Source of the DNA: a virus | Taxonomy: Duplodnaviria > Caudoviricetes | Reading direction: 5' to 3' (one strand) | DNA length: 34,550 nucleotides | IMG/VR virus record: IMGVR_UViG_3300044723_009708 | Span: 1 to 34,550 of that record | Shown: positions 16,904-26,545 of the stretch, piece by piece | Numbering within the stretch: position 1 is the first letter of the stretch | How the letters are laid out: each line of letters starts with the position of its first letter | Position numbers and translations under genes: made by a program | Notes under the pieces: generated by a model | What the model was told of the DNA's origin: nothing | Databases searched by the model: none | What the model saw: only the letters and a program-made list of their open reading frames with translations

Positions 16904-18138
16904 CTAAACGTTTTAGTCCCTGGGAACCCTCCGAAAGGTAATGAAATTTGATTGTTAAATACTGCTGTAGGTACTAAATGTGAATATCCATTAAGGGTTA
17001 CTATTCCCGAAACGGTTCCAGGAGAGGCGCCACTTGTATCCGAAGCTATATTAAAAGCATTTCTTACATCTAACTGATATCTTGCTTTACACGAAGATAA
17101 AAGTTTTCCGCAAACATCTGCAGGTGCCCAAAAAGCAGGATTGGTCTCAGGGTCTTTTGAAGCCCCGTGGCTTCTAACACATTTGTATACTTTTCCATTT
17201 TTAAACACATAAGAGCTTCTTCTTGAGTCTGCGACATCAACAGTTCCTGATTGCTGTGTATTCCATTCAATATAAGTTCTAACAATTCTCCAAAAAGGAC
17301 TATGCTCTTCTGGGGTATTTCCTATATTGTCCGTGCTTAAAGACTGAAAATAAATATTATTTTGTGATACTATACTATTTATAGGATAAGTAATATTAGC
17401 ATTCCAATTATAAGTTGAAGGTATACTTTCTGTTAAACAGCTATGAAAAATTAAAGGCTCATCGTCTATTGTAAAAAATACAACAGAAGTAGCGCCAGTA
17501 TGATTTCTTATAGTAGAAGACCAATGACAAGCACTTTTAACATCAGTTTTGTCTAATTTCCAGCCTTTGTAGGCCCAAGGGCAATATTTACCTGTAACTA
17601 CTCTATTTGGAATTTTAACATTTGTTAATTCAAAAGGGCTTGACATTTCTAATTCAACTAACATACTATTTTTTGCTGCAATTCTATCTATGATATATTC
17701 ACTTTTAGGAAACTGAAAAGAATTTGTAGGAGTAGCTCCTGCACTACCTACTTTTACATACTTTAATAAAGTTTTTCTGTAAATTATTCTTTTGTTTAAT
17801 AGTTCTTCTAGTAAAAAATTACTTACCGACAGAGAAGCTAACTGAGACCTTAAAGGATGATTGCTTCTAAAAATACTTTCTACATTAGGAATAGTTAATT
17901 TAGGTCTTGCAGAAGCGCCATCAGCATGTTTTTCAATTCCTTCTATTTGAATAGGCATGCCATAGTATTCTTCGCCATCAAAAGTTAAAATATCGTCTGT
18001 ATCGTGAGAATGAAAATTTAAATAGACAGCGTTAGTACTTGTACTTGGATCCTCTGCGACCCACTCCAATTGATACAACTGTATTAAATTTTCATCTGCA
18101 TCTAATTCTAAAGCTTGAATTTCATTGGAAATTGTCAT
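16900..18138 (-). CDS. Minor tail protein (lambda gpL-like), 412 aa, with inserted CBM5/12-like repeats
   Basis: MPIQIEG..GASARPKLT, IYRKTLLKY, CPWAY...C...CGK.LSSC..R, LPFGGFPG. Confidence 0.9.
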   Translation of the reverse strand: MTISNEIQALELDADENLIQLYQLEWVAEDPSTSTNAVYLNFHSHDTDDILTFDGEEYYGMPIQIEGIEKHADGASARPKLTIPNVESIFRSNHPLRSQLASLSVSNFLLEELLNKRIIYRKTLLKYVKVGSAGATPTNSFQFPKSEYIIDRIAAKNSMLVELEMSSPFELTNVKIPNRVVTGKYCPWAYKGWKLDKTDVKSACHWSSTIRNHTGATSVVFFTIDDEPLIFHSCLTESIPSTYNWNANITYPINSIVSQNNIYFQSLSTDNIGNTPEEHSPFWRIVRTYIEWNTQQSGTVDVADSRRSSYVFKNGKVYKCVRSHGASKDPETNPAFWAPADVCGKLLSSCKARYQLDVRNAFNIASDTSGASPGTVSGIVTLNGYSHLVPTAVFNNQISLPFGGFPGTKTFR

Positions 18139-18641
18139 GCCGAGTATACTCTCTTAAGTTGTGCTGAAATAGATTGAACAGAATCATGTCCAATATTTAT
18201 TGAATAACTTTTCAAAGATACTAGTACCGTTTCTCTTTCTAGAGTAATATTAAAACTACTTGGCTGAATAGTATCAAAATAAACTCCAATAAGTACAATT
18301 TCTTGCCATAATCTATTTGAAAGATTCATGTTATACATTTCTTTTTTTGTATTTATTCCGTCTTTTACTCTTTGCTCGTACCCATCTCCAAAAGATACTG
18401 ATAAAACTCTTTGTTCCGTTTGCCTAGAAAACCCTCGGTCAAATTTTATTTCTCTAGAGTCAAACCCAGTAGGGTATAATTTAGTAATAATTTCATCATA
18501 CGCTTCTTCAGAGGGAACGCCCGCTTCGTTAGAGGGGTATCTAGACTGAAGTTCATCATAAAGACGAATTTGCAAAGGAGTTACTCCTATAGCATAAGGT
18601 AAAGGTTTTGGTATATTAAAACTAAATGCGCGTCGAGCCAT
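18135..18641 (-). CDS. Distal tail / minor tail protein (lambda gpM-like), 168 aa
   Basis: FGDGYEQRVKDGIN signature; immediately follows the tape measure gene. Confidence 0.88.
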   Translation of the reverse strand: MARRAFSFNIPKPLPYAIGVTPLQIRLYDELQSRYPSNEAGVPSEEAYDEIITKLYPTGFDSREIKFDRGFSRQTEQRVLSVSFGDGYEQRVKDGINTKKEMYNMNLSNRLWQEIVLIGVYFDTIQPSSFNITLERETVLVSLKSYSINIGHDSVQSISAQLKRVYSA

Positions 18642-21600
18642 TAGGTTGCTCCATACGGGCTAAGTATTCCGCCAGGCCGTTTTTGATTTTGTAATTCTTT
18701 TTGAACAGCTAGAGATATCGCTATTCCGAGCTGTTGCCCATTATCCGAATCAGAGCTGCTTGAGTCTGTTTTAGAATTACCTTCATTATTAACAGAAACA
18801 TTTACTGTAACATTATTTTGTTGACTATCTCCCCCTCGGTTACCTTTAAAACTTACAGGTATATCTTTACCGTTAGGAAGGGGTACTACTGCTTCCGATC
18901 CATGCAGTATTGCAGGATAGCCTGATGTAGGCCCTTTCGCTATACCTCCCCCCGCGTATCCCAGTGGAGGATATAGCCCCGTCTTGCCGCCGGGAATACC
19001 CGAGGCTACTGCACTCGCTGTCACCGCTGCTGTATTTGCTATTATAGCAGCTGTATTTGCAACTTCTGATTTTGTATTTAAAGCCGTCCAAAGTTTCATT
19101 ATCATTTGTCCAGCATTCAGGGCTAACATTACTTTTTGAAGAGCTTGTCCTGCTTTTGAGTTTCCAAATAAAGCAGATACTGCCAAGCCGGTCTGTAGTA
19201 TATTTTCACCAAGAACTGAGCCTACCTCTCCTAACTTTGTAGTATTTTCTGCAGTTGCATCGGCGGCGGCTTCGATACCCTTACTGGCGCCCCCACCTTC
19301 AATACCGCCCTCAGAAGCAGCAGCTATAGGACCCCCTATAGGATTATTTTCTCCTAGGGTTTCTACTCCACCTAAAGCAGGGGCTCTAATAGCTTCTATA
19401 CTCATTGGCCCTAGCTCTATTTGTTGAGCTTTAATACCGGGAATAGCTACACTGTGATCATACCCGGGAATTTGGGGCTGCGTATCAGGCATTAAAGCAC
19501 TCTTCGCGGCCCCAAGCTCGTTTACTACAGCAGCGTTGGTTGCGTTGATATTAGGATTATTTTTATAGTCTGTTGCAGCAGCACTTGTGGCTGGGATAGT
19601 ACTCAACCCTGGAATTTTTTCATCCCCGATCGCTCCCTCGCAACATTCAACTTTTATTCGAAGTTCAATATCTCTTAGTGCTTCTCTTATTTCTGCAGCA
19701 ATAGTACGGCCTCCTTGCTCTATTTTAGTTTTAACATCATTTCCGCCGTCTATTATCCCGGTTTTCATTGCCTCAGAAGAGGTTTTGGCCGCAGCTTCTG
19801 CTTCAGTTTTTAATTTATCCGCGCCGTTTTTAAGAGCTGTTTCTAGTGCCTCGGTAGGATCTTCTTCCCCAAGGTTTAAAGCGTTAAGAAGAGGGTCTAC
19901 AATCATTTTCTTTGTAACTGCTTCTTGAATAGTTTGAAGTAAGCCTCTACCAATCCCTTTTAGAGTTTCCCCTAGATCCATGGATTTATCATGCAGGCTT
20001 GTAAACATTGCATTAAGGGAATCTTCTAGACCCGTTCTAAAAGCTCCCGAAGCCTCCGATAAAACTTGATTTAAAGGCTCTAAAGCTTTTCTAGTTGCTT
20101 CCGCGTCCCTTCTAAATCGATCCAAATCAGCTCCTGCTAAATCTCGAGTTGCTGCCGCCATTGCCTCTGTTAGCGCTCTTGTATTTTGTTGCTCTGCTCC
20201 TAGTGCTTGTTGCTCTAGTACTAAACTATCATAAAGTTGAGCTAATTTTTCGTTTTCTTCGCCTCCCGACGCCCTTGCCGCTACTGCTGCAGCTTTAAAT
20301 TGTAGTATAGCGATTTTATTTTTTGCGTCTATAAGCTTATACTCTAAATCGATTTCTTTCATTTTTATGTTAAAATTCGAAAGTGCTTGATCCGCTTCTC
20401 TTTTCAAGGCGGCCTCTTGCAAAAGTAATCGAGCTTCTGTACGAGCTCGTTCATCATCAAAGAAAGGATTTTTTAATTTAGCTTCTTTTATTGAAACTTC
20501 ATTATCGTTTGCAATTTGCTTGTGTTGTAAGTCCAGAAGTTCTTTTCGTATACGTGCTTGATTTGATAATTCTGCATTTAATGCTTTTTGTAAGTCTAAA
20601 CTATTCATTTCCAATTTTAAATCTCTTTGTTCCCTTAAAATTGGAAGAAGCCCAGTTTGAACCCTCAGCTCTTCTTCGGAAAGAGCATGATTAGCTGTAG
20701 CTAAATCTAGTTGATTTTTAAGCTCTCTTTTTCTATTTTCATCCGCTAGTTCTAGTTTATCTGCTTCAATTGTATAATTTGTTTGTGCCCGCTCTAGTGC
20801 AATTGCTGCTTCATTTCGCTTTGCTTCCGCAGAAAGAAGTGATTTCATAATTTTGGGCTGCCCCAGTAAAGCTTTTTGTTGCCGAACTTTTTCTTCTGTT
20901 AATTTATGTTCTAGTGTAATTTGATTTTGAAGTAACTTTTCTCTTTCTTTTTCTAACTCTTGACGTAATTCTTGAACCGTAATACTACTAGTAAGAATTC
21001 CCTGTTCTTCTGATCTTAACTTATTTACTAACTCAAGAGTTTTTGCAAAGGATTGACTTTCTATATCCATTCCAGCCCCAAGACTCATATTAGTTATTTC
21101 ATCAAGAGTTTTAGTGTCTAAATTAGATATTGTGCCCTCTAGGGTTAAAAAATTGTTTTCTACCTCTTTCATTGAAGTAAGCAACCCCGTAAAGTTAGAG
21201 CTTTTTGGCATAAATTTCTGTGCACCCTCTGAAAAACCACTTACACCATCAGCTATGCCTTTAAAAGCTGCTTTAGATCTTGCTGCGGCATCTATTGCTT
21301 CTTGAGCTGCGTTTGTCGTATCTTCGAAGGCTTCCATAACATCAGCCATTGCTGCTTGGAATGCTGCAGGATCCATTCCTTTAAACTCTTTATTTGCATC
21401 TGCAATAAGGCCGCTTAATTGCTTCATTTTAGCGTCATCAAAATCGTCTATCTCTATACCAGTGCCTTTCATAGCCTCTAACTGCGTTTTAAATAATTCT
21501 AAGCTAGGAGTCAATCCATCTAGCGCCGCCTTTGCTATATCTGCACCTTCCATATCCTCAACCTTTGGAAGATTAAGCTGGCCCGCAGCGAGATTCAACG

Positions 21601-23494
21601 CATTATAGTCCTTTTGCGCTCTACCAAGATCCCCCAAGTCTGCTTTTACCCTTGCTATTGCTTTTCCAAAGCCTCCCATGCCCTCAGTGGATTTTTCAAA
21701 CTCTGCTCGGGCAGATTGTACTCTCCCCTCTGCATCTTTTAAAGCGTCATTAAATTCTCCAAAAGTTTTTGGTATATCGTCTTTACCAAATAGTCCGCTA
21801 GTGAATAAAGTATTCTTGCCCGCTTGAGCGAAATGATCATTTATAGCAAAACTATCGAGAGCCGCAGACCCATCAAAAGCTGCACCGCTTTCATTTTTAA
21901 ACTTGTTCATAGATTCTGTTAAAAGAGTGAGCTGTGACCTAACTGGACTTAAATTAATATTTGTAATAAGACCAAAGGATCTACTAAACCCCATTACCGC
22001 ACTAGTTGCAGGCTTAAAAGCATCTTCGACTTCTTTTATTGCTTTTTTCTGGTCTTCAGCAGCCTTCGTTATTTTATCTAATCCATCTTCAGCAGCTCTC
22101 AAAGCATCTGATATAAAAAATGTTTTACGAATTTGTTTTCCAAGCTCATAAAACATTATAAGCAACCCCGCTATAGAAAGAGCCCCCAATAACTTACTCA
22201 TTGCCATAGTTGCTACTGCAGTTATTGCTTTAATTCTCCCCATTGTTTTGCCGTATTCAGCTTGAAACATTGCCAGTTGTATTTTCCAGCCGGTTATCAT
22301 TCTGTTGAAAGCATTTTGTCCGTCCATGGTCATTCGTAAGTTTTGGGCTCGAATAATTTGTACATCTCTTTCAATTTCTCTTCTCTCCATTTTGGAAAGA
22401 TTTATAACCGTGCTTGTTTTTGCTTTTGCAGATCTTTCTACTTGTTTAAGTACGCTCTCTTCAAAGTTTCCTTGCCGCATTTTTACTGCAGTTCCCTGAG
22501 TAGCTTCTTTATTCGCTATATCCATTAAGCGTTTTCTAGCGGAAATTCCTTCTTGAGCAGTGTTTTTTATAGTAGGTCCTGCGGGAGCAAAAGATTTTAC
22601 AATATTTAGACCTAATATTCCTATAACGGCACCTACAGCATATATACTATCTAGAAAAGCTCCTGCTATAAAATTTGCCACAGCAGCTATAGGCTTAGAA
22701 AGGTCTTTAAAAGTATCTTGAAATGCTGCGCCAAACTTAGCTACTTGATTTACGCTGTCTCCAACGTCTTCAAATTTTTGGCTACCTTGTTCTAAAACAG
22801 CATTTACGACTGCTTGAGTTTTTTCAAATTGAGTTAAGTCAGCTTTATTTTTATTAATTGTCGCTGCATAGTCTTGGGCAGCTCTGTCAATTCGAATAAT
22901 AATACCTAATTCATCAAGTAATTCTGGCTCTGCTTTAATTGCGCCTCTTGTAAGACGATTAAATGAGTCTGTTACATCTCGCCCAAGAATTGTTCCTGCA
23001 TTTTTAGCAACTTTACCTAATCTTTCCATTTGGTCTGCGGTAAGTCCTGCGGCTTGACCAATTGCTGCTGCTTGGGCCGCTTCCTTGAATGCTACCAGTC
23101 CACCTGTTGCCTCTTGTATATTTGCTGTCATCAATTTCATTGAGACGCCCGTTCGGGCCGCAAACATTTCTTGGCCTGTAGTAAGTGCAGAAAGGTCCGC
23201 TGCTTGCTTAAAGAAATTAAATGCAGCAGAAAGAGCAAAGACACTTGCAGCTACAGTTGCATAAGCACCAACCAAGCCTCCCATGCCCTGAGCCATTTTA
23301 GAAAATTCTTTTGTACTGTTTGAAGTTGTTTTAGCCGCGCCTTTTGTATTTCGTTCATAGTCTCGAGAAGACTTGCTTGTTTTTGTCTGCGCTTCGTCTA
23401 CTCCATCTAGTGCATTTCTTAGCTTTTTTGCAGACACGGTGGCTTTTTGCATTTTGCCATTGACTACAATATCAATTGTAATTTTCTTTGCCAT
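18641..23494 (-). CDS. Tape measure protein, 1617 aa
   Basis: Long Ala/Glu/Lys-rich helical ORF after the chaperone genes; LTRGAIKAEPELLDELGI near the N-terminus; YAGGG...HGSEAVVPLP and QKRPGGIL at the C-terminus. Confidence 0.95.
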   Translation of the reverse strand: MAKKITIDIVVNGKMQKATVSAKKLRNALDGVDEAQTKTSKSSRDYERNTKGAAKTTSNSTKEFSKMAQGMGGLVGAYATVAASVFALSAAFNFFKQAADLSALTTGQEMFAARTGVSMKLMTANIQEATGGLVAFKEAAQAAAIGQAAGLTADQMERLGKVAKNAGTILGRDVTDSFNRLTRGAIKAEPELLDELGIIIRIDRAAQDYAATINKNKADLTQFEKTQAVVNAVLEQGSQKFEDVGDSVNQVAKFGAAFQDTFKDLSKPIAAVANFIAGAFLDSIYAVGAVIGILGLNIVKSFAPAGPTIKNTAQEGISARKRLMDIANKEATQGTAVKMRQGNFEESVLKQVERSAKAKTSTVINLSKMERREIERDVQIIRAQNLRMTMDGQNAFNRMITGWKIQLAMFQAEYGKTMGRIKAITAVATMAMSKLLGALSIAGLLIMFYELGKQIRKTFFISDALRAAEDGLDKITKAAEDQKKAIKEVEDAFKPATSAVMGFSRSFGLITNINLSPVRSQLTLLTESMNKFKNESGAAFDGSAALDSFAINDHFAQAGKNTLFTSGLFGKDDIPKTFGEFNDALKDAEGRVQSARAEFEKSTEGMGGFGKAIARVKADLGDLGRAQKDYNALNLAAGQLNLPKVEDMEGADIAKAALDGLTPSLELFKTQLEAMKGTGIEIDDFDDAKMKQLSGLIADANKEFKGMDPAAFQAAMADVMEAFEDTTNAAQEAIDAAARSKAAFKGIADGVSGFSEGAQKFMPKSSNFTGLLTSMKEVENNFLTLEGTISNLDTKTLDEITNMSLGAGMDIESQSFAKTLELVNKLRSEEQGILTSSITVQELRQELEKEREKLLQNQITLEHKLTEEKVRQQKALLGQPKIMKSLLSAEAKRNEAAIALERAQTNYTIEADKLELADENRKRELKNQLDLATANHALSEEELRVQTGLLPILREQRDLKLEMNSLDLQKALNAELSNQARIRKELLDLQHKQIANDNEVSIKEAKLKNPFFDDERARTEARLLLQEAALKREADQALSNFNIKMKEIDLEYKLIDAKNKIAILQFKAAAVAARASGGEENEKLAQLYDSLVLEQQALGAEQQNTRALTEAMAAATRDLAGADLDRFRRDAEATRKALEPLNQVLSEASGAFRTGLEDSLNAMFTSLHDKSMDLGETLKGIGRGLLQTIQEAVTKKMIVDPLLNALNLGEEDPTEALETALKNGADKLKTEAEAAAKTSSEAMKTGIIDGGNDVKTKIEQGGRTIAAEIREALRDIELRIKVECCEGAIGDEKIPGLSTIPATSAAATDYKNNPNINATNAAVVNELGAAKSALMPDTQPQIPGYDHSVAIPGIKAQQIELGPMSIEAIRAPALGGVETLGENNPIGGPIAAASEGGIEGGGASKGIEAAADATAENTTKLGEVGSVLGENILQTGLAVSALFGNSKAGQALQKVMLALNAGQMIMKLWTALNTKSEVANTAAIIANTAAVTASAVASGIPGGKTGLYPPLGYAGGGIAKGPTSGYPAILHGSEAVVPLPNGKDIPVSFKGNRGGDSQQNNVTVNVSVNNEGNSKTDSSSSDSDNGQQLGIAISLAVQKELQNQKRPGGILSPYGAT

Positions 23495-23922
23495 TAGCCC
23501 TTTACATTATGGGTGTAGTTTTTTCCACCGCTTTTAGCCCTACGCTGTTCTGCTTTACGTTTCTTTTCGTTTTTTTCAGATCTATAATTTACTACTTTTG
23601 CTTCATATATTTTCATTATGTAGATAATTGACTTAGGATCTTGAACTTCATATAATTTAAGAAAGTAATCAATACCGTCCCAATATTTTCCCATATATGT
23701 TCCGCTCATTCCTTCCCAGTGATCCGGTAAAAGGCTAAACATAAAAAATGCCACTTGAACTTCTTCGGGGAAATCCGAAGCTTCGAGCGGCATTTTGGCG
23801 GGATCTGGGTCTTGACCTAATTGTTCACAGACAAGTAAGTATTTATCTACATCTATCTTCGAGTCTGCTTCCCGTACATATCTCTCTAAGAGAGATTCTA
23901 TACGGGCAATTTGGTCCCAGTA
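23494..23922 (-). CDS. Tail assembly chaperone frameshift extension (gpT-like; G-T fusion about 278 aa)
   Basis: The frame of the 99 aa ORF is open upstream of ATG 23793 back through the slippery site (YWDQIARIESLLERYVREADSKIDVDKYLLVCEQLGQDPDPAKMP...), in the -1 frame relative to the chaperone. Confidence 0.85.
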   Translation of the reverse strand, partial: YWDQIARIESLLERYVREADSKIDVDKYLLVCEQLGQDPDPAKMPLEASDFPEEVQVAFFMFSLLPDHWEGMSGTYMGKYWDGIDYFLKLYEVQDPKSIIYIMKIYEAKVVNYRSEKNEKKRKAEQRRAKSGGKNYTHNVKG

Positions 23923-24329
23923 AAATTTTCGAGGTCACCGACTGACTCTGTTACCCAAGTATCAAAAGTATTTGAGTTTTTCATCAATAGCTCAGCATTA
24001 TCTTGGGTGTAAGGCAGCTCGTCTTCGGAGTCAAGATTAGATATATCTACCAAAAGAAGCTCTTCTAGGTAACGATATTTTAAACCAGACCATCCTTTAA
24101 TAACAGCCTTGCAGTATTCAATAATAAATTTATCTTCATCCAAAGTTTCTTCAGGCTGGCGAGTTTTTTTATCAAATTTTGTGCTAACGCAACGTTTACG
24201 AAGTTTAACCAGTTCTTCTCTTCCTAAGTAACAAAGAGAAACTTCCATGCCATTAAAGCCGGGAAAGTCAATGGAAACAGTTTTGCTTGAAGTCATAAGA
24301 CTTGCTAGCGAGATGGGTGTATCAGACAT
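23898..24329 (-). CDS. Tail assembly chaperone (gpG-like), 143 aa
   Basis: Between tail tube and tape measure; IKGWSGL motif; RBS AAGGA; slippery heptamer near the 3' end. Confidence 0.9.
   Translation of the reverse strand: MSDTPISLASLMTSSKTVSIDFPGFNGMEVSLCYLGREELVKLRKRCVSTKFDKKTRQPEETLDEDKFIIEYCKAVIKGWSGLKYRYLEELLLVDISNLDSEDELPYTQDNAELLMKNSNTFDTWVTESVGDLENFTGTKLPV
23922..23928 (-). promoter_or_regulatory. Programmed -1 ribosomal frameshift site A AAT TTT
   Basis: X XXY YYZ heptamer correctly phased in GAA AAT TTT; downstream hairpin at 23906-23871. Confidence 0.85.
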
Positions 24330-24368
24330 TTGTGGATTCCTTTTATTGAATGAAATTTATATTTTGTA

Positions 24369-24408
24369 ATTATAAGGGACAAGAGATAAAAAGTCAAGAA
24401 CTTTTTTT
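24369..24408 (-). promoter_or_regulatory. sigma70 promoter for the chaperone-tape measure-tail tip operon
   Basis: TTGACT (24397-24392), 17 nt spacer, TATAAT (24374-24369), upstream A7 tract; intergenic, just after a terminator. Confidence 0.9.
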
Positions 24409-24420
24409 GGGAGGAGAATG

Positions 24421-24445
24421 TAAAAACCCGCCGAAGCGGGTTTTA
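24421..24445 (-). terminator. Intrinsic terminator after the major tail gene (probably bidirectional)
   Basis: Minus strand AAAACCCGC-TTCG-GCGGGTTTTT: GC stem, cUUCGg tetraloop, T-tracts on both strands. Confidence 0.92.
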
Positions 24446-24466
24446 TTTAAAAAAGTGTAATTATTA

Positions 24467-26032
24467 TTATGTGCCGTAGTACTCTAGTTGAACTTCATTT
24501 GCCACATTAAAGTCTGTAGTATATGCTGCGAAGTTAGTTTCCACAGAAATAACATCTTCTACTGAGTGATTTGGTACATCAATATGACACTTTGGAATTT
24601 TAACAAAAAGTCGGGGAGTGTTAGCAACTGCGCCTCCAACTTGGAAAGTTACATCAAAATCGTTTACAACTTTTTCAAGACCTTTATTTGTTCCTCCAGT
24701 AGTCATGTCGTTAAACAATTCCACAGAAGTACCTAAAGGATTACTTGTAGTTGCAGCAGTATCAAGAGTCAGGTAACAAGTAAAGTTACCACTTACGCTT
24801 CTGCCTCCCGTTACGTGCTCGATTGGAATATTTACTGAGCCAAGTTCTTCTGGTACAAGGTAAGAAATATTGTTTGAAATGGTAATATTTCCACCCGTCA
24901 GTGTCAGATTATAACTACCAGAAGGGAAAGCCGTAGTATCTGAAGTGCTTACAAGAAGCTGAGTCAGTCGATTACGGATAAAAGTATTCGTATTATTAAC
25001 TGCATCGTCTTTTGCGAACATAGCCGCAGTAAGAGTGGTTGCAGTAGCAAGACCCAACTTGAAACCGTCAGTACTATCAAGAACAACGTTTCCGACAGTT
25101 TGAGTGCTCGCAGTCTTTGAAGTTACGACAGATACTTTATCCTGTGACTGAAGGTCAGTAATATTCTTTGCAAATCCTGACCAATTAATAGTAGCAATAC
25201 CATCTACTTCAAAGTCAATTGCAGCTTCGTTAAATGCTGCGCCAGTAAGCTTATATACCATAGGATTAGTAGTACTTGTTTCCATTACAAAATAAAGGTT
25301 ACAAGTACCCAGTACCGCACGGTTAGACTGAGAGAAATTAATTGCTTGATTTGTGGGGCTTGGAACTGCAACTGCAGGACCAAACGGCGAGTTTTCGTCT
25401 GCGTCGGTATTACGATAGAAATTACCTCCGATAGCAGAAACTGCATCTACATCTACAGTAATTGCACCGCCGCCTCCTACAGAACCTGTTGGAATAATAA
25501 TGGTATTGCCTGCTGAAAATCCGGTGCCTGCTGATACAATACTTAATGTAATTGCTTGATTTGCTGCAATAGTTACATCAATTTCCCAACCAACTGCAGT
25601 GCTCGGATGAGTACCTGTAGTAGTGTCTGCATCATTAATAGTATAAGTACCTGCTGTTGCACCTGATACAGTAGAGGAAGTTGAAATAGTACTAAGACCA
25701 CCCCCAACTGTTGCAGCAGAATACTTATCTGCGCCTGCCATTACTGCCCAAAGAGCTTCTTCTACTGCGTGATGCTCAGGGGTGCCTTGTGAATCTAAAT
25801 ATGGACGCACATAAGTACTAAAAGACCATTCAGCCGGAGCCAAAGAGTCTGTAAATATTCTGTTACCTCGTCTACTTAGACCGTCAGAACCTTGCATTTC
25901 TGAAAGTGCAATTTCTGACTGGTTTGTAGCTTGCGAGAAACTGAAACCATCAAGTACAGGAATTTCCCATAACTTAGTATCGAATTCGATATAAAGTTTC
26001 GAGTCTCTGCTAAAATATAATTGTTCTGCCAT
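24467..26032 (-). CDS. Major tail tube protein (T5 pb6-like), 521 aa
   Basis: EIPVLDGFSFSQ, DSLAPAEWSFSTY.RP, GIATINWSG, LTLTGGNITISNNISYL.PEELG, VEDVISVE; RBS AGGAG; followed by a terminator. Confidence 0.9.
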   Translation of the reverse strand: MAEQLYFSRDSKLYIEFDTKLWEIPVLDGFSFSQATNQSEIALSEMQGSDGLSRRGNRIFTDSLAPAEWSFSTYVRPYLDSQGTPEHHAVEEALWAVMAGADKYSAATVGGGLSTISTSSTVSGATAGTYTINDADTTTGTHPSTAVGWEIDVTIAANQAITLSIVSAGTGFSAGNTIIIPTGSVGGGGAITVDVDAVSAIGGNFYRNTDADENSPFGPAVAVPSPTNQAINFSQSNRAVLGTCNLYFVMETSTTNPMVYKLTGAAFNEAAIDFEVDGIATINWSGFAKNITDLQSQDKVSVVTSKTASTQTVGNVVLDSTDGFKLGLATATTLTAAMFAKDDAVNNTNTFIRNRLTQLLVSTSDTTAFPSGSYNLTLTGGNITISNNISYLVPEELGSVNIPIEHVTGGRSVSGNFTCYLTLDTAATTSNPLGTSVELFNDMTTGGTNKGLEKVVNDFDVTFQVGGAVANTPRLFVKIPKCHIDVPNHSVEDVISVETNFAAYTTDFNVANEVQLEYYGT

Positions 26033-26092
26033 AGCATATCTCCTAGAGATTGAAAGGGCTAGGGCGTGAGCCTTTGCTCGTGCCTGCCGTTT

Positions 26093-26545
26093 CTAGTAAT
26101 GAACCGAAAGCTGCATTTCTGCTACGCCAAACGGTTCAAGAACACCTTCGTCTGTATCAATACTGAGTACGATAATATCTAAAGTGAATTGTTGATTTCC
26201 TTGCCTATCCGTATAAGCTAATCGCCCATTGGATTCTATTACTGTTTCTACATCCTCTAATAACTTATCCAATGCTTCTTGAGCTTCAGTTTCTTTTACA
26301 TAACATCGAACAGTAATAGATAAAAATCTATCTTTGTAGCCCCCTCCTTGGTACTCCCTAGATTCAGATCCTGCATTTATATGTATTGCAGGAAAAGTAT
26401 CTACTTCATCCCAAAACTTTAATCGAGGGTGAACATTATCGTAAACATCTGTTAAGAAATCCCCTGTTTGATTAATTTTTTTAAGCTCAGTTACTAAGGA
26501 CGCAACAATTGCAGATCTACGAGTAGTATATATTCTTTTTGGCAT
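26093..26545 (-). CDS. Tail terminator protein (T5 p142-like), 150 aa
   Basis: LKFWDEV.TFPAI...GSESREY, IDTDEGVL.PFG; directly upstream of the tail tube gene. Confidence 0.85.
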   Translation of the reverse strand: MPKRIYTTRRSAIVASLVTELKKINQTGDFLTDVYDNVHPRLKFWDEVDTFPAIHINAGSESREYQGGGYKDRFLSITVRCYVKETEAQEALDKLLEDVETVIESNGRLAYTDRQGNQQFTLDIIVLSIDTDEGVLEPFGVAEMQLSVHY

